A stretch of DNA of 64,000 bases from Auanema rhodensis. Lineage: Eukaryota > Animalia > Nematoda. Positions 27,210 to 42,100 of the stretch are shown piece after piece. Location of the stretch: positions 20,460,001 through 20,524,000 of the forward strand of contig OZ059900.1 of the NCBI GenBank assembly GCA_964057225.1. Reading direction: 5' to 3'. The notes under the pieces were generated by a model, which saw nothing but the letters and a program-made list of their open reading frames with translations, had not been told where the DNA came from and did not search any database. Every line of letters starts with the position of its first letter. Within the stretch, counting starts at the first letter, position 1. The position numbers and the translations under genes are program-made.

Positions 27210-30150
27210 TTTGAACACATGAAATCGTAAGTCAAAACCTTGTTTACAGCGAAATTTCCAAAAACTGGTTTTCCAGCATAATAAAATATTTCTCATGGGA
27301 AATACTGTGTTTTTGTATTTTTCTAGTGTTCAGCATGTAAAATGCTTCATTTTAGTATGTAACACGCTGAAATTCGTTGCATTTGACGACTCATATGAAC
27401 AAAAATCGATTTAATCATTATTAGCCATAAGGGGCGTGCCCTCAGAATATGCTAATTTCCTTAATTTTCTAACCCCTGTTTTTTTGTCGTGAAAGTGGAA
27501 GTAGACGTTGTACGAACAATTTTGAGCTAGGTTTCATTGACATTGCATGAGTTTGAACACATGAAATCGTAAGTCAAAACCTTGTTTACAGCGAAATTTC
27601 CAAAAACTGGTTTTCCAGCATAATAAAATATTTCTCATGGGAAATACTGTGTTTTTGTATTTTTCTAGTGTTCAGCATGTAAAATGCTTCATTTCAGTAT
27701 GTAACACGCTGAAATTCGTTGCATTTGACGACGCATATGAACAAAAATCGATTTAATCAATATTAGCCATAAGGGGCGTGCCCTCAGAATATGCTAATTT
27801 CCTTAATTTTCTAACCCCTGTTTTTTGTCGTGAAAGTGGAACTAGACGTTGTACGAACAATTTTGAGCTAGGTTTCATTGACATTGCATGAGTTTGAACA
27901 CATGAAATCGTAAGTCAAAACCTTGTTTACAGCGAAATTTCCAAAAACTGGTTTTCCAGCATAATAAAATATTTCTCATGGGAAATACTGTGTTTTTGTA
28001 TTTTTCTAGTGTTCAGCATGTAAAATGCTTCATTTTAGTATGTAACACGCTGAAATTCGTTGCATTTGACGACTCATATGAACAAAAATCGATTTAATCA
28101 ATATTAGCCATAAGGGGCGTGCCCTCAGAATATGCTAATTTCCTTAATTTTCTAACCCCTGTTTTTTTGTCGTGAAAGTGGAACTAGACGTTGTACGAAC
28201 AAATTTGAGCTAGGTTTCATTGACATTGCATGAGTTTGAACACAAGAAATCGTAAGTCAAAACCTTGTTTACAGCGAAATTTCCAAAAACTGGTTTTCCA
28301 GCATAATAAAATATTTCTCATGGGAAGTACTGTGTTTTTGTATTTTTCTAGTGTTCAGCATGTAAAATGCTTCATTTTAGTATGTAACACGCTGAAATTC
28401 GTTGCATTTGACGACTCATATGAACAAAAATCGATTTAATCAATATTAGCCATAAGGGGCGTGCCCTCAGAATATGCTAATTTCCTTAATTTTCTAACCC
28501 CTGTTTTTTTGTCGTGAAAGTGGAACTAGACGTTGTACGAACAATTTTGAGCTAGGTTTCATTGACATTGCATGAGTTTGAACACATGAAATCGTAAGTC
28601 AAAACCTTGTTTACAGCGAAATTTCCAAAAACTGGTTTTCCAGCATAATAAAATATTTCTCATGGGAAATACTGTGTTTTTGTATTTTTCTAGTGTTCAG
28701 CATGTAAAATGCTTCATTTTAGTATGTAACACGCTGAAATTCGTTGCATTTGACGACTCATATGAACAAAAATCGATTTAATCATTATTAGCCATAAGGG
28801 GCGTGCCCTCAGAATATGCTAATTTCCTTAATTTTCTAACCCCTGTTTTTTTGTCGTGAAAGTGGAAGTAGACGTTGTACGAACAATTTTGAGCTAGGTT
28901 TCATTGACATTGCATGAGTTTGAACACATGAAATCGTAAGTCAAAACCTTGTTTACAGCGAAATTTCCAAAAACTGGTTTTCCAGCATAATAAAATATTT
29001 CTCATGGGAAATACTGTGTTTTTGTATTTTTCTAGTGTTCAGCATGTAAAATGCTTCATTTCAGTATGTAACACGCTGAAATTCGTTGCATTTGACGACG
29101 CATATGAACAAAAATCGATTTAATCAATATTAGCCATAAGGGGCGTGCCCTCAGAATATGCTAATTTCCTTAATTTTCTAACCCCTGTTTTTTGTCGTGA
29201 AAGTGGAACTAGACGTTGTACGAACAATTTTGAGCTAGGTTTCATTGACATTGCATGAGTTTGAACACATGAAATCGTAAGTCAAAACCTTGTTTACAGC
29301 GAAATTTCCAAAAACTGGTTTTCCAGCATAATAAAATATTTCTCATGGGAAATACTGTGTTTTTGTATTTTTCTAGTGTTCAGCATGTAAAATGCTTCAT
29401 TTTAGTATGTAACACGCTGAAATTCGTTGCATTTGACGACTCATATGAACAAAAATCGATTTAATCAATATTAGCCATAAGGGGCGTGCCCTCAGAATAT
29501 GCTAATTTCCTTAATTTTCTAACCCCTGTTTTTTTGTCGTGAAAGTGGAACTAGACGTTGTACGAACAAATTTGAGCTAGGTTTCATTGACATTGCATGA
29601 GTTTGAACACAAGAAATCGTAAGTCAAAACCTTGTTTACAGCGAAATTTCCAAAAACTGGTTTTCCAGCATAATAAAATATTTCTCATGGGAAGTACTGT
29701 GTTTTTGTATTTTTCTAGTGTTCAGCATGTAAAATGCTTCATTTTAGTATGTAACACGCTGAAATTCGTTGCATTTGACGACTCATATGAACAAAAATCG
29801 ATTTAATCAATATTAGCCATAAGGGGCGTGCCCTCAGAATATGCTAATTTCCTTAATTTTCTAACCCCTGTTTTTTTGTCGTGAAAGTGGAACTAGACGT
29901 TGTACGAACAATTTTGAGCTAGGTTTCATTGACATTGCATGAGTTTGAACACATGAAATCGTAAGTCAAAACCTTGTTTACAGCGAAATTTCCAAAAACT
30001 GGTTTTCCAGCATAATAAAATATTTCTCATGGGAAATACTGTGTTTTTGTATTTTTCTAGTGTTCAGCATGTAAAATGCTTCATTTTAGTATGTAACACG
30101 CTGAAATTCGTTGCATTTGACGACTCATATGAACAAAAATCGATTTAATC
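27210..30150 (+). repeat. Tandem duplication of a 4-monomer unit (1367 bp)
   Basis: Variant pairs are offset by 1367: 27418/28785, 27501/28868, ORFs with the N>S change at 28230/29597, and a shared T7>T6 deletion. Confidence 0.88.
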
Positions 30151-33100
30151 AATATTAGCCATAAGGGGCGTGCCCTCAGAATATGCTAATTTCCTTAATT
30201 TTCTAACCCCTGTTTTTTTGTCGTGAAAGTGGAACTAGACGTTGTACGAACAAATTTGAGCTAGGTTTCATTGACATTGCATGAGTTTGAACACAAGAAA
30301 TCGTAAGTCAAAACCTTGTTTACAGCGAAATTTTCAAAAACTGGTTTTCCAGCATAATAAAATATTTCTCATGGGAAATACTGTGTTTTTGTATTTTTCT
30401 AGTGTTCAGCATGTAAAATGCTTCATTTTAGTATGTAACACGCTGAAATTCGTTGCATTTGACGACTCATATGAACAAAAATCGATTTAATCAATATTAG
30501 CCATAAGGGGCGTGCCCTCAGAATATGCTAATTTCCTTAATTTTCTAACCCCTGTTTTTTTGTCGTGAAAGTGGAAGTAGACGTTGTACGAACAATTTTG
30601 AGCTAGGTTTCATTGACATTGCATGAGTTTGAACACATGAAATCGTAAGTCAAAACCTTGTTTACAGCGAAATTTCCAAAAACTGGTTTTCCAGCATAAT
30701 AAAATATTTCTCATGGGAAATACTGTGTTTTTGTATTTTTCTAGTGTTCAGCATGTAAAATGCTTCATTTCAGTATGTAACACGCTGAAATTCGTTGCAT
30801 TTGACGACGCATATGAACAAAAATCGATTTAATCAATATTAGCCATAAGGGGCGTGCCCTCAGAATATGCTAATTTCCTTAATTTTCTAACCCCTGTTTT
30901 TTTGTCGTGAAAGTGGAACTAGACGTTGTACGAACAATTTTGAGCTAGGTTTCATTGACATTGCATGAGTTTGAACACATGAAATCGTAAGTCAAAACCT
31001 TGTTTACAGCGAAATTTCCAAAAACTGGTTTTCCAGCATAATAAAATATTTCTCATGGGAAATACTGTGTTTTTGTATTTTTCTAGTGTTCAGCATGTAA
31101 AATGCTTTATTTTAGTATGTAACACGCTGAAATTCGTTGCATTTGACGACTCATATGAACAAAAATCGATTTAATCAATATTAGCCATAAGGGGCGTGCC
31201 CTCAGAATATGCTAATTTCCTTAATTTTCTAACCCCTGTTTTTTTGTCGTGAAAGTGGAAGTAGACGTTGTACGAACAATTTTGAGCTAGGTTTCATTGA
31301 CATTGCATGAGTTTGAACACAAGAAATCGTAAGTCAAAACCTTGTTTACAGCGAAATTTCCAAAAACTGGTTTTCCAGCATAATAAAATATTTCTCATGG
31401 GAAATACTGTGTTTTTGTATTTTTCTAGTGTTCAGCATGTAAAATGCTTCATTTTAGTATGTAACACGCTGAAATTCGTTGCATTTGACGACTCATATGA
31501 ACAAAAATCGATTTAATCAATATTAGCCATAAGGGGCGTGCCCTCAGAATATGCTAATTTCCTTAATTTTCTAACCCCTGTTTTTTTGTCGTGAAAGTGG
31601 AACTAGACGTTGTACGAACAAATTTGAGCTAGGTTTCATTGACATTGCATGAGTTTGAACACAAGAAATCGTAAGTCAAAACCTTGTTTACAGCGAAATT
31701 TTCAAAAACTGGTTTTCCAGCATAATAAAATATTTCTCATGGGAAATACTGTGTTTTTGTATTTTTCTAGTGTTCAGCATGTAAAATGCTTCATTTTAGT
31801 ATGTAACACGCTGAAATTCGTTGCATTTGACGACTCATATGAACAAAAATCGATTTAATCAATATTAGCCATAAGGGGCGTGCCCTCAGAATATGCTAAT
31901 TTCCTTAATTTTCTAACCCCTGTTTTTTTGTCGTGAAAGTGGAAGTAGACGTTGTACGAACAATTTTGAGCTAGGTTTCATTGACATTGCATGAGTTTGA
32001 ACACATGAAATCGTAAGTCAAAACCTTGTTTACAGCGAAATTTCCAAAAACTGGTTTTCCAGCATAATAAAATATTTCTCATGGGAAATACTGTGTTTTT
32101 GTATTTTTCTAGTGTTCAGCATGTAAAATGCTTTATTTTAGTATGTAACACGCTGAAATTCGTTGCATTTGACGACTCATATGAACAAAAATCGATTTAA
32201 TCAATATTAGCCATAAGGGGCGTGCCCTCAGAATATGCTAATTTCCTTAATTTTCTAACCCCTGTTTTTTTGTCGTGAAAGTGGAAGTAGACGTTGTACG
32301 AACAATTTTGAGCTAGGTTTCATTGACATTGCATGAGTTTGAACACATGAAATCGTAAGTCAAAACCTTGTTTACAGCGAAATTTCCAAAAACTGGTTTT
32401 CCAGCATAATAAAATATTTCTCATGGGAAATACTGTGTTTTTGTATTTTTCTAGTGTTCAGCATGTAAAATGCTTCATTTTAGTATGTAACACGCTGAAA
32501 TTCGTTGCATTTGACGACTAATATGAACAAAAATCGATTTAATCAATATTAGCCATAAGGGGCGTGCCCTCAGAATATGCTAATTTCCTTAATTTTCTAA
32601 CCCCTGTTTTTTTGTCGTGAAAGTGGAACTAGACGTTGTACGAACAAACTTGAGCTAGGTTTCATTGACATTGCATGAGTTTGAACACAAGAAATCGTAA
32701 GTCAAAACCTTGTTTACAGCGAAATTTCCAAAAACTGGTTTTCCAGCATAATAAAATATTTCTCATGGGAAATACTGTGTTTTTGTATTTTTCTAGTGTT
32801 CAGCATGTAAAATGCTTCATTTTAGTATGTAACACGCTGAAATTCGTTGCATTTGACGACTCATATGAACAAAAATCGATTTAATCAATATTAGCCATAA
32901 GGGGCGTGCCCTCAGAATATGCTAATTTCCTTAATTTTCTAACCCCTGTTTTTTTGTCGTGAAAGTGGAACTAGACGTTGTACGAACAAATTTGAGCTAG
33001 GTTTCATTGACATTGCATGAGTTTGAACACAAGAAATCGTAAGTCAAAACCTTGTTTACAGCGAAATTTCCAAAAACTGGTTTTCCAGCATAATAAAATA

Positions 33101-36100
33101 TTTCTCATGGGAAATACTGTGTTTTTGTATTTTTCTGGTGTTCAGCATGTAAAATGCTTCATTTTAGTATGTAACACGCTGAAATTCGTTGCATTTGACG
33201 ACTCATATGAACAAAAATCGATTTAATCAATATTAGCCATAAGGGGCGTGCCCTCAGAATATGCTAATTTCCTTAATTTTCTAACCCCTGTTTTTTTGTC
33301 GTGAAAGTGGAACTAGACGTTGTACGAACAAACTTGAGCTAGGTTTCATTGACATTGCATGAGTTTGAACACAAGAAATCGTAAGTCAAAACCTTGTTTA
33401 CAGCGAAATTTTCAAAAACTGGTTTTCCAGCATAATAAAATATTTCTCATGGGAAATACTGTGTTTTTGTATTTTTCTAGTGTTCAGCATGTAAAATGCT
33501 TCATTTTAGTATGTAACACGCTGAAATTCGTTGCATTTGACGACTCATATGAACAAAAATCGATTTAATCAATATTAGCCATAAGGGGCGTGCCCTCAGA
33601 ATATGCTAATTTCCTTAATTTTCTAACCCCTGTTTTTTTGTCGTGAAAGTGGAACTAGACGTTGTACGAACAATTTTGAGCTAGGTTTCATTGACATTGC
33701 ATGAATTTGAACACATGAAATCGTAAGTCAAAACCTTGTTTACAGCGAAATTTCCAAAAACTGGTTTTCCAGCATAATAAAATATTTCTCATGGGAAATA
33801 CTGTGTTTTTGTATTTTTCTAGTGTTCAGCATGTAAAATGCTTCATTTTAGTATGTAACACGCTGAAATTCGTTGCATTTGACGACTCATATGAACAAAA
33901 ATCGATTTAATCAATATTAGCCATAAGGGGCGTGCCCTCAGAATATGCTAATTTCCTTAATTTTCTAACCCCTGTTTTTTTGTCGTGAAAGTGGAACTAG
34001 ACGTTGTACGAACAAATTTGAGCTAGGTTTCATTGACATTGCATGAGTTTGAACACAAGAAATCGTAAGTCAAAACCTTGTTTACAGCGAAATTTTCAAA
34101 AACTGGTTTTCCAGCATAATAAAATATTTCTCATGGGAAATACTGTGTTTTTGTATTTTTCTAGTGTTCAGCATGTAAAATGCTTCATTTTAGTAAGTAA
34201 CACGCTGAAATTCGTTGCATTTGATGACTCATATGAACAAAAATCGATTTAATCAATATTAGCCATAAGGGGCGTGCCCTCAGAATATGCTAATTTCCTT
34301 AATTTTCTAACCCCTGTTTTTTTGTCGTGAAAGTGGAACTAGACGTTGTACGAACAATTTTGAGCTAGGTTTCATTGACATTGCATGAGTTTGAACACAT
34401 GAAATCGTAAGTCAAAACCTTGTTTACAGCGAAATTTCCAAAAACTGGTTTTCCAGCATAATAAAATATTTCTCGTGGGAAATACTGTGTTTTTGTATTT
34501 TTCTAGTGTTCAGCATGTAAAATGCTTCATTTTAGTATGTAACACGCTGAAATTCGTTGCATTTGACGACTCATATGAACAAAAATCGATTTAATCAATA
34601 TTAGCCATAAGGGGCGTGCCCTCAGAATATGCTAATTTCCTTAATTTTCTAACCCCTGTTTTTTTGTCGTGAAAGTGGAACTAGACGTTCTACGAACAAT
34701 TTTGAGCTAGGTTTCATTGACATTGCATGAGTTTGAACACAAGAAATCGTAAGTCAAAACCTTGTTTACAGCGAAATTTTCAAAAACTGGTTTTCCAGCA
34801 TAATAAAATATTTCTCATGGGAAATACTGTGTTTTTGTATTTTTCTAGTGTTCAGCATGTAAAATGCTTCATTTTAGTATGTAACACGCTGAAATTCGTT
34901 GCATTTGATGACTCATATGAACAAAAATCGATTTAATCAATATTAGCCATAAGGGGCGTGCCCTCAGAATATGCTAATTTCCTTAATTTTCTAACCCCTG
35001 TTTTTTTGTCGTGAAAGTGGAACTAGACGTTGTACGAACAATTTTGAGCTAGGTTTCATTGACATTGCATGAGTTTGAACACATGAAATCGTAAGTCAAA
35101 ACCTTGTTTACAGCGAAATTTCCAAAAACTGGTTTTCCAGCATAATAAAATATTTCTCGTGGGAAATACTGTGTTTTTGTATTTTTCTAGTGTTCAGCAT
35201 GTAAAATGCTTCATTTTAGTATGTAACACGCTGAAATTCGTTGCATTTGACGACTCATATGAACAAAAATCGATTTAATCAATATTAGCCATAAGGGGCG
35301 TGCCCTCAGAATATGCTAATTTCCTTAATTTTCTAACCCCTGTTTTTTTGTCGTGAAAGTGGAACTAGACGTTCTACGAACAATTTTGAGCTAGGTTTCA
35401 TTGACATTGCATGAATTTGAACACATGAAATCGTAAGTCAAAACCTTGTTTACAGCGAAATTTCCAAAAACTGGTTTTCCAGCATAATAAAATATTTCTC
35501 ATGGGAAATACTGTGTTTTTGTATTTTTCTAGTGTTCAGCATGTAAAATGCTTCATTTTAGTATGTAACACGCTGAAATTCGTTGCATTTGACGACTCAT
35601 ATGAACAAAAATCGATTTAATCAATATTAGCCATAAGGGGCGTGCCCTCAGAATATGCTAATTTCCTTAATTTTCTAACCCCTGTTTTTTTGTCGTGAAA
35701 GTGGAACTAGACGTTGTACGAACAAATTTGAGCTAGGTTTCATTGACATTGCATGAGTTTGAACACAAGAAATCGTAAGTCAAAACCTTGTTTACAGCGA
35801 AATTTTCAAAAACTGGTTTTCCAGCATAATAAAATATTTCTCATGGGAAATACTGTGTTTTTGTATTTTTCTAGTGTTCAGCATGTAAAATGCTTCATTT
35901 TAGTATGTAACACGCTGAAATTCGTTGCATTTGACGACTCATATGAACAAAAATCGATTTAATCAATATTAGCCATAAGGGGCGTGCCCTCAGAATATGC
36001 TAATTTCCTTAATTTTCTAACCCCTGTTTTTTTGTCGTGAAAGTGGAAGTAGACGTTGTACGAACAATTTTGAGCTAGGTTTCATTGACATTGCATGAGT

Positions 36101-39100
36101 TTGAACACATGAAATCGTAAGTCAAAACCTTGTTTACAGCGAAATTTCCAAAAACTGGTTTTCCAGCATAATAAAATATTTCTCATGGGAAATACTGTGT
36201 TTTTGTATTTTTCTAGTGTTCAGCATGTAAAATGCTTCATTTCAGTATGTAACACGCTGAAATTCGTTGCATTTGACGACGCATATGAACAAAAATCGAT
36301 TTAATCAATATTAGCCATAAGGGGCGTGCCCTCAGAATATGCTAATTTCCTTAATTTTCTAACCCCTGTTTTTTTGTCGTGAAAGTGGAACTAGACGTTG
36401 TACGAACAATTTTGAGCTAGGTTTCATTGACATTGCATGAGTTTGAACACATGAAATCGTAAGTCAAAACCTTGTTTACAGCGAAATTTCCAAAAACTGG
36501 TTTTCCAGCATAATAAAATATTTCTCATGGGAAATACTGTGTTTTTGTATTTTTCTAGTGTTCAGCATGTAAAATGCTTCATTTTAGTATGTAACACGCT
36601 GAAATTCGTTGCATTTGACGACTCATATGAACAAAAATCGATTTAATCAATATTAGCCATAAGGGGCGTGCCCTCAGAATATGCTAATTTCCTTAATTTT
36701 CTAACCCCTGTTTTTTTGTCGTGAAAGTGGAACTAGACGTTGTACGAACAATTTTGAGCTAGGTTTCATTGACATTGCATGAATTTGAACACATGAAATC
36801 GTAAGTCAAAACCTTGTTTACAGCGAAATTTCCAAAAACTGGTTTTCCAGCATAATAAAATATTTCTCATGGGAAATACTGTGTTTTTGTATTTTTCTAG
36901 TGTTCAGCATGTAAAATGCTTCATTTTAGTATGTAACACGCTGAAATTCGTTGCATTTGACGACTCATATGAACAAAAATCGATTTAATCAATATTAGCC
37001 ATAAGGGGCGTGCCCTCAGAATATGCTAATTTCCTTAATTTTCTAACCCCTGTTTTTTTGTCGTGAAAGTGGAACTAGACGTTGTACGAACAATTTTGAG
37101 CTAGGTTTCATTGACATTGCATGAGTTTGAACACATGAAATCGTAAGTCAAAACCTTGTTTACAGCGAAATTTCCAAAAACTGGTTTTCCAGCATAATAA
37201 AATATTTCTCATGGGAAATACTGTGTTTTTGTATTTTTCTAGTGTTCAGCATGTAAAATGCTTCATTTTAGTATGTAACACGCTGAAATTCGTTGCATTT
37301 GACGACTCATATGAACAAAAATCGATTTAATCAATATTAGCCATAAGGGGCGTGCCCTCAGAATATGCTAATTTCCTTAATTTTCTAACCCCTGTTTTTT
37401 TGTCGTGAAAGTGGAACTAGACGTTGTACGAACAATTTTGAGCTAGGTTTCATTGACATTGCATGAGTTTGAACACATGAAATCGTAAGTCAAAACCTTG
37501 TTTACAGCGAAATTTCCAAAAACTGGTTTTCCAGCATAATAAAATATTTCTCATGGGAAATACTGTGTTTTTGTATTTTTCTAGTGTTCAGCATGTAAAA
37601 TGCTTCATTTTAGTATGTAACACGCTGAAATTCGTTGCATTTGACGACTAATATGAACAAAAATCGATTTAATCAATATTAGCCATAAGGGGCGTGCCCT
37701 CAGAATATGCTAATTTCCTTAATTTTCTAACCCCTGTTTTTTTGTCGTGAAAGTGGAACTAGACGTTGTACGAACAAACTTGAGCTAGGTTTCATTGACA
37801 TTGCATGAGTTTGAACACAAGAAATCGTAAGTCAAAACCTTGTTTACAGCGAAATTTTCAAAAACTGGTTTTCCAGCATAATAAAATATTTCTCATGGGA
37901 AATACTGTGTTTTTGTATTTTTCTAGTGTTCAGCATGTAAAATGCTTCATTTTAGTATGTAACACGCTGAAATTCGTTGCATTTGACGACTCATATGAAC
38001 AAAAATCGATTTAATCAATATTAGCCATAAGGGGCGTGCCCTCAGAATATGCTAATTTCCTTAATTTTCTAACCCCTGTTTTTTTGTCGTGAAAGTGGAA
38101 CTAGACGTTGTACGAACAATTTTGAGCTAGGTTTCATTGACATTGCATGAGTTTGAACACATGAAATCGTAAGTCAAAACCTTGTTTACAGCGAAATTTC
38201 CAAAAACTGGTTTTCCAGCATAATAAAATATTTCTCATGGGAAATACTGTGTTTTTGTATTTTTCTAGTGTTCAGCATGTAAAATGCTTCATTTTAGTAT
38301 GTAACACGCTGAAATTCGTTGCATTTGACGACTCATATGAACAAAAATCGATTTAATCAATATTAGCCATAAGGGGCGTGCCCTCAGAATATGCTAATTT
38401 CCTTAATTTTCTAACCCCTGTTTTTTTGTCGTGAAAGTGGAACTAGACGTTGTACGAACAAATTTGAGCTAGGTTTCATTGACATTGCATGAGTTTGAAC
38501 ACAAGAAATCGTAAGTCAAAACCTTGTTTACAGCGAAATTTTCAAAAACTGGTTTTCCAGCATAATAAAATATTTCTCATGGGAAATACTGTGTTTTTGT
38601 ATTTTTCTAGTGTTCAGCATGTAAAATGCTTCATTTTAGTATGTAACACGCTGAAATTCGTTGCATTTGACGACTCATATGAACAAAAATCGATTTAATC
38701 AATATTAGCCATAAGGGGCGTGCCCTCAGAATATGCTAATTTCCTTAATTTTCTAACCCCTGTTTTTTTGTCGTGAAAGTGGAACTAGACGTTGTACGAA
38801 CAATTTTGAGCTAGGTTTCATTGACATTGCATGAGTTTGAACACATGAAATCGTAAGTCAAAACCTTGTTTACAGCGAAATTTCCAAAAACTGGTTTTCC
38901 AGCATAATAAAATATTTCTCATGGGAAGTACTGTGTTTTTGTATTTTTCTAGTGTTCAGCATGTAAAATGCTTCATTTTAGTATGTAACACGCTGAAATT
39001 CGTTGCATTTGACGACTCATATGAACAAAAATCGATTTAATCAATATTAGCCATAAGGGGCGTGCCCTCAGAATATGCTAATTTCCTTAATTTTCTAACC

Positions 39101-42100
39101 CCTGTTTTTTTGTCGTGAAAGTGGAACTAGACGTTGTACGAACAATTTTGAGCTAGGTTTCATTGACATTGCATGAGTTTGAACACATGAAATCGTAAGT
39201 CAAAACCTTGTTTACAGCGAAATTTCCAAAAACTGGTTTTCCAGCATAATAAAATATTTCTCATGGGAAATACTGTGTTTTTGTATTTTTCTGGTGTTCA
39301 GCATGTAAAATGCTTCATTTTAGTATGTAACACGCTGAAATTCGTTGCATTTGACGACTAATATGAACAAAAATCGATTTAATCAATATTAGCCATAAGG
39401 GGCGTGCCCTCAGAATATGCTAATTTCCTTAATTTTCTAACCCCTGTTTTTTTGTCGTGAAAGTGGAACTAGACGTTGTACGAACAAACTTGAGCTAGGT
39501 TTCATTGACATTGCATGAGTTTGAACACAAGAAATCGTAAGTCAAAACCTTGTTTACAGCGAAATTTTCAAAAACTGGTTTTCCAGCATAATAAAATATT
39601 TCTCATGGGAAATACTGTGTTTTTGTATTTTTCTAGTGTTCAGCATGTAAAATGCTTCATTTTAGTATGTAACACGCTGAAATTCGTTGCATTTGACGAC
39701 TCATATGAACAAAAATCGATTTAATCAATATTAGCCATAAGGGGCGTGCCCTCAGAATATGCTAATTTCCTTAATTTTCTAACCCCTGTTTTTTTGTCGT
39801 GAAAGTGGAACTAGACGTTGTACGAACAATTTTGAGCTAGGTTTCATTGACTTTGCATGAGTTTGAACACATGAAATCGTAAGTCAAAACCTTGTTTACA
39901 GCGAAATTTCCAAAAACTGGTTTTCCAGCATAATAAAATATTTCTCATGGGAAATACTGTGTTTTTGTATTTTTCTAGTGTTCAGCATGTAAAATGCTTC
40001 AATTTAGTATGTAACACGCTGAAATTCGTTGCATTTGACGACTCATATGAACAAAAATCGATTTAATCAATATTAGCCATAAGGGGCGTGCCCTCAGAAT
40101 ATGCTAATTTCCTTAATTTTCTAACCCCTGTTTTTTTGTCGTGAAAGTGGAACTAGACGTTGTACGAACAATTTTGAGCTAGGTTTCATTGACATTGCAT
40201 GAGTTTGAACACATGAAATAGTAAGTCAAAACCTTGTTTACAGCGAAATTTCCAAAAACTGGTTTTCCAGCATAATAAAATATTTCTCGTGGGAAATACT
40301 GTGTTTTTGAATTTTTCTAGTGTTCAGCATGTAAAATGCTTCATTTTAGTATGTAACACGCTGAAATTCGTTGCATTTGACGACTCATATGAACAAAAAC
40401 CGATTTAATCAATATTAGCAATAAGGGGCGTGCCCTCAGAATATGCTAATTTCCTTAATTTTCTAACCCCTGTTTTTTTGTCGTGAAAGTGGAACTAGAC
40501 GTTGTACGAACAATTTTGAGCTAGGTTTCATTGACATTGCATGAGTTTGAACACATGAAATCGTAAGTCAAAACCTTGTTTACAGCGAACTTTCCAAAAA
40601 CTGGTTTTCCAGCATAATAAAATATTTCTCATGGGAAATACTGTGTTTTTGTATTTTTCTAGTGTTCAGCATGTAAATTGCTTCATTTAAGTATGTAACA
40701 CGCTGAAATTTGTTGCATTTGACGACTCATATGAACAAAAATCGATTTAATCAATATTAGCCATAAGGGGCGTGCCCTCAGAATATGCTAATTTCCTTAA
40801 TTTTCTAACCCCTGTTTTTTTGTCGTGAAAGTGGAACTAGACGTTGTACGAACAATTTTGAGCTAGGTTTCATTGACATTGCATGAGTTTGAACACATGA
40901 AATCGTAAGTCAAAACCTTGTTTACAGCGAAATTTCCAAAAACTGGTTTTCCAGCATAATAAAATATTTCTCATGGGAAGTACTGTGTTTTTGTATTTTT
41001 CTAGTGTTCAGCATGTAAAATGCTTCATTTTAGTATGTAACACGCTGAAATTCGTTGCATTTGACGACTCATATGAACAAAAATCGATTTAATCAATATT
41101 AGCCATAAGGGGCGTGCCCTCAGAATATGCTAATTTCCTTAATTTTCTAACCGCTGTTTTTTTGTCGTGAAAGTGGAACTAGACGTTGTACGAACAATTT
41201 TGAGCTAGGTTTCATTGACATTGCATGAGTTTGAACACATGAAATCGTAAGTCAAAACCTTGTTTACAGCGAAATTTCCAAAAACTGGTTTTCCAGCATA
41301 ATAAAATATTTCTCATGGGAAATACTGTGTTTTTGTATTTTTCTGGTGTTCAGCATGTAAAATGCTTCATTTTAGTATGTAACACGCTGAAATTCGTTGC
41401 ATTTGACGACTCATATGAACAAAAATCGATTTAATCAATATTAGCCATAAGGGGCGTGCCCTCAGAATATGCTAATTTCCTTAATTTTCTAACCCCTGTT
41501 TTTTTGTCGTGAAAGTGGAACTAGACGTTGTACGAACAAACTTGAGCTAGGTTTCATTGACATTGCATGAGTTTGAACACAAGAAATCGTAAGTCAAAAC
41601 CTTGTTTACAGCGAAATTTTCAAAAACTGGTTTTCCAGCATAATAAAATATTTCTCATGGGAAATACTGTGTTTTTGTATTTTTCTAGTGTTCAGCATGT
41701 AAAATGCTTCATTTTAGTATGTAACACGCTGAAATTCGTTGCATTTGACGACTCATATGAACAAAAATCGATTTAATCAATATTAGCCATAAGGGACGTG
41801 CCCTCAGAATATGCTAATTTCCTTAATTTTCTAACCCCTGTTTTTTTGTCGTGAAAGTGGAACTAGACGTTGTACGAACAATTTTGAGCTAGGTTTCATT
41901 GACTTTGCATGAGTTTGAACACATGAAATCGTAAGTCAAAACCTTGTTTACAGCGAAATTTCCAAAAACTGGTTTTCCAGCATAATAAAATATTTCTCAT
42001 GGGAAATACTGTGTTTTTGTATTTTTCTAGTGTTCAGCATGTAAAATGCTTCATTTTAGTATGTAACACGCTGAAATTCGTTGCATTTGACGACTCATAT

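Noticed and set aside
879-41776. 24 copies of a 69-aa ORF as a protein-coding gene family
   Set aside because: The frame is closed by TGA at codon 6 in most monomers and open only through one SNV. Variants inside it are often nonsynonymous or nonsense, I recognise no domain, and ORF and non-ORF parts of the monomer are equally conserved.
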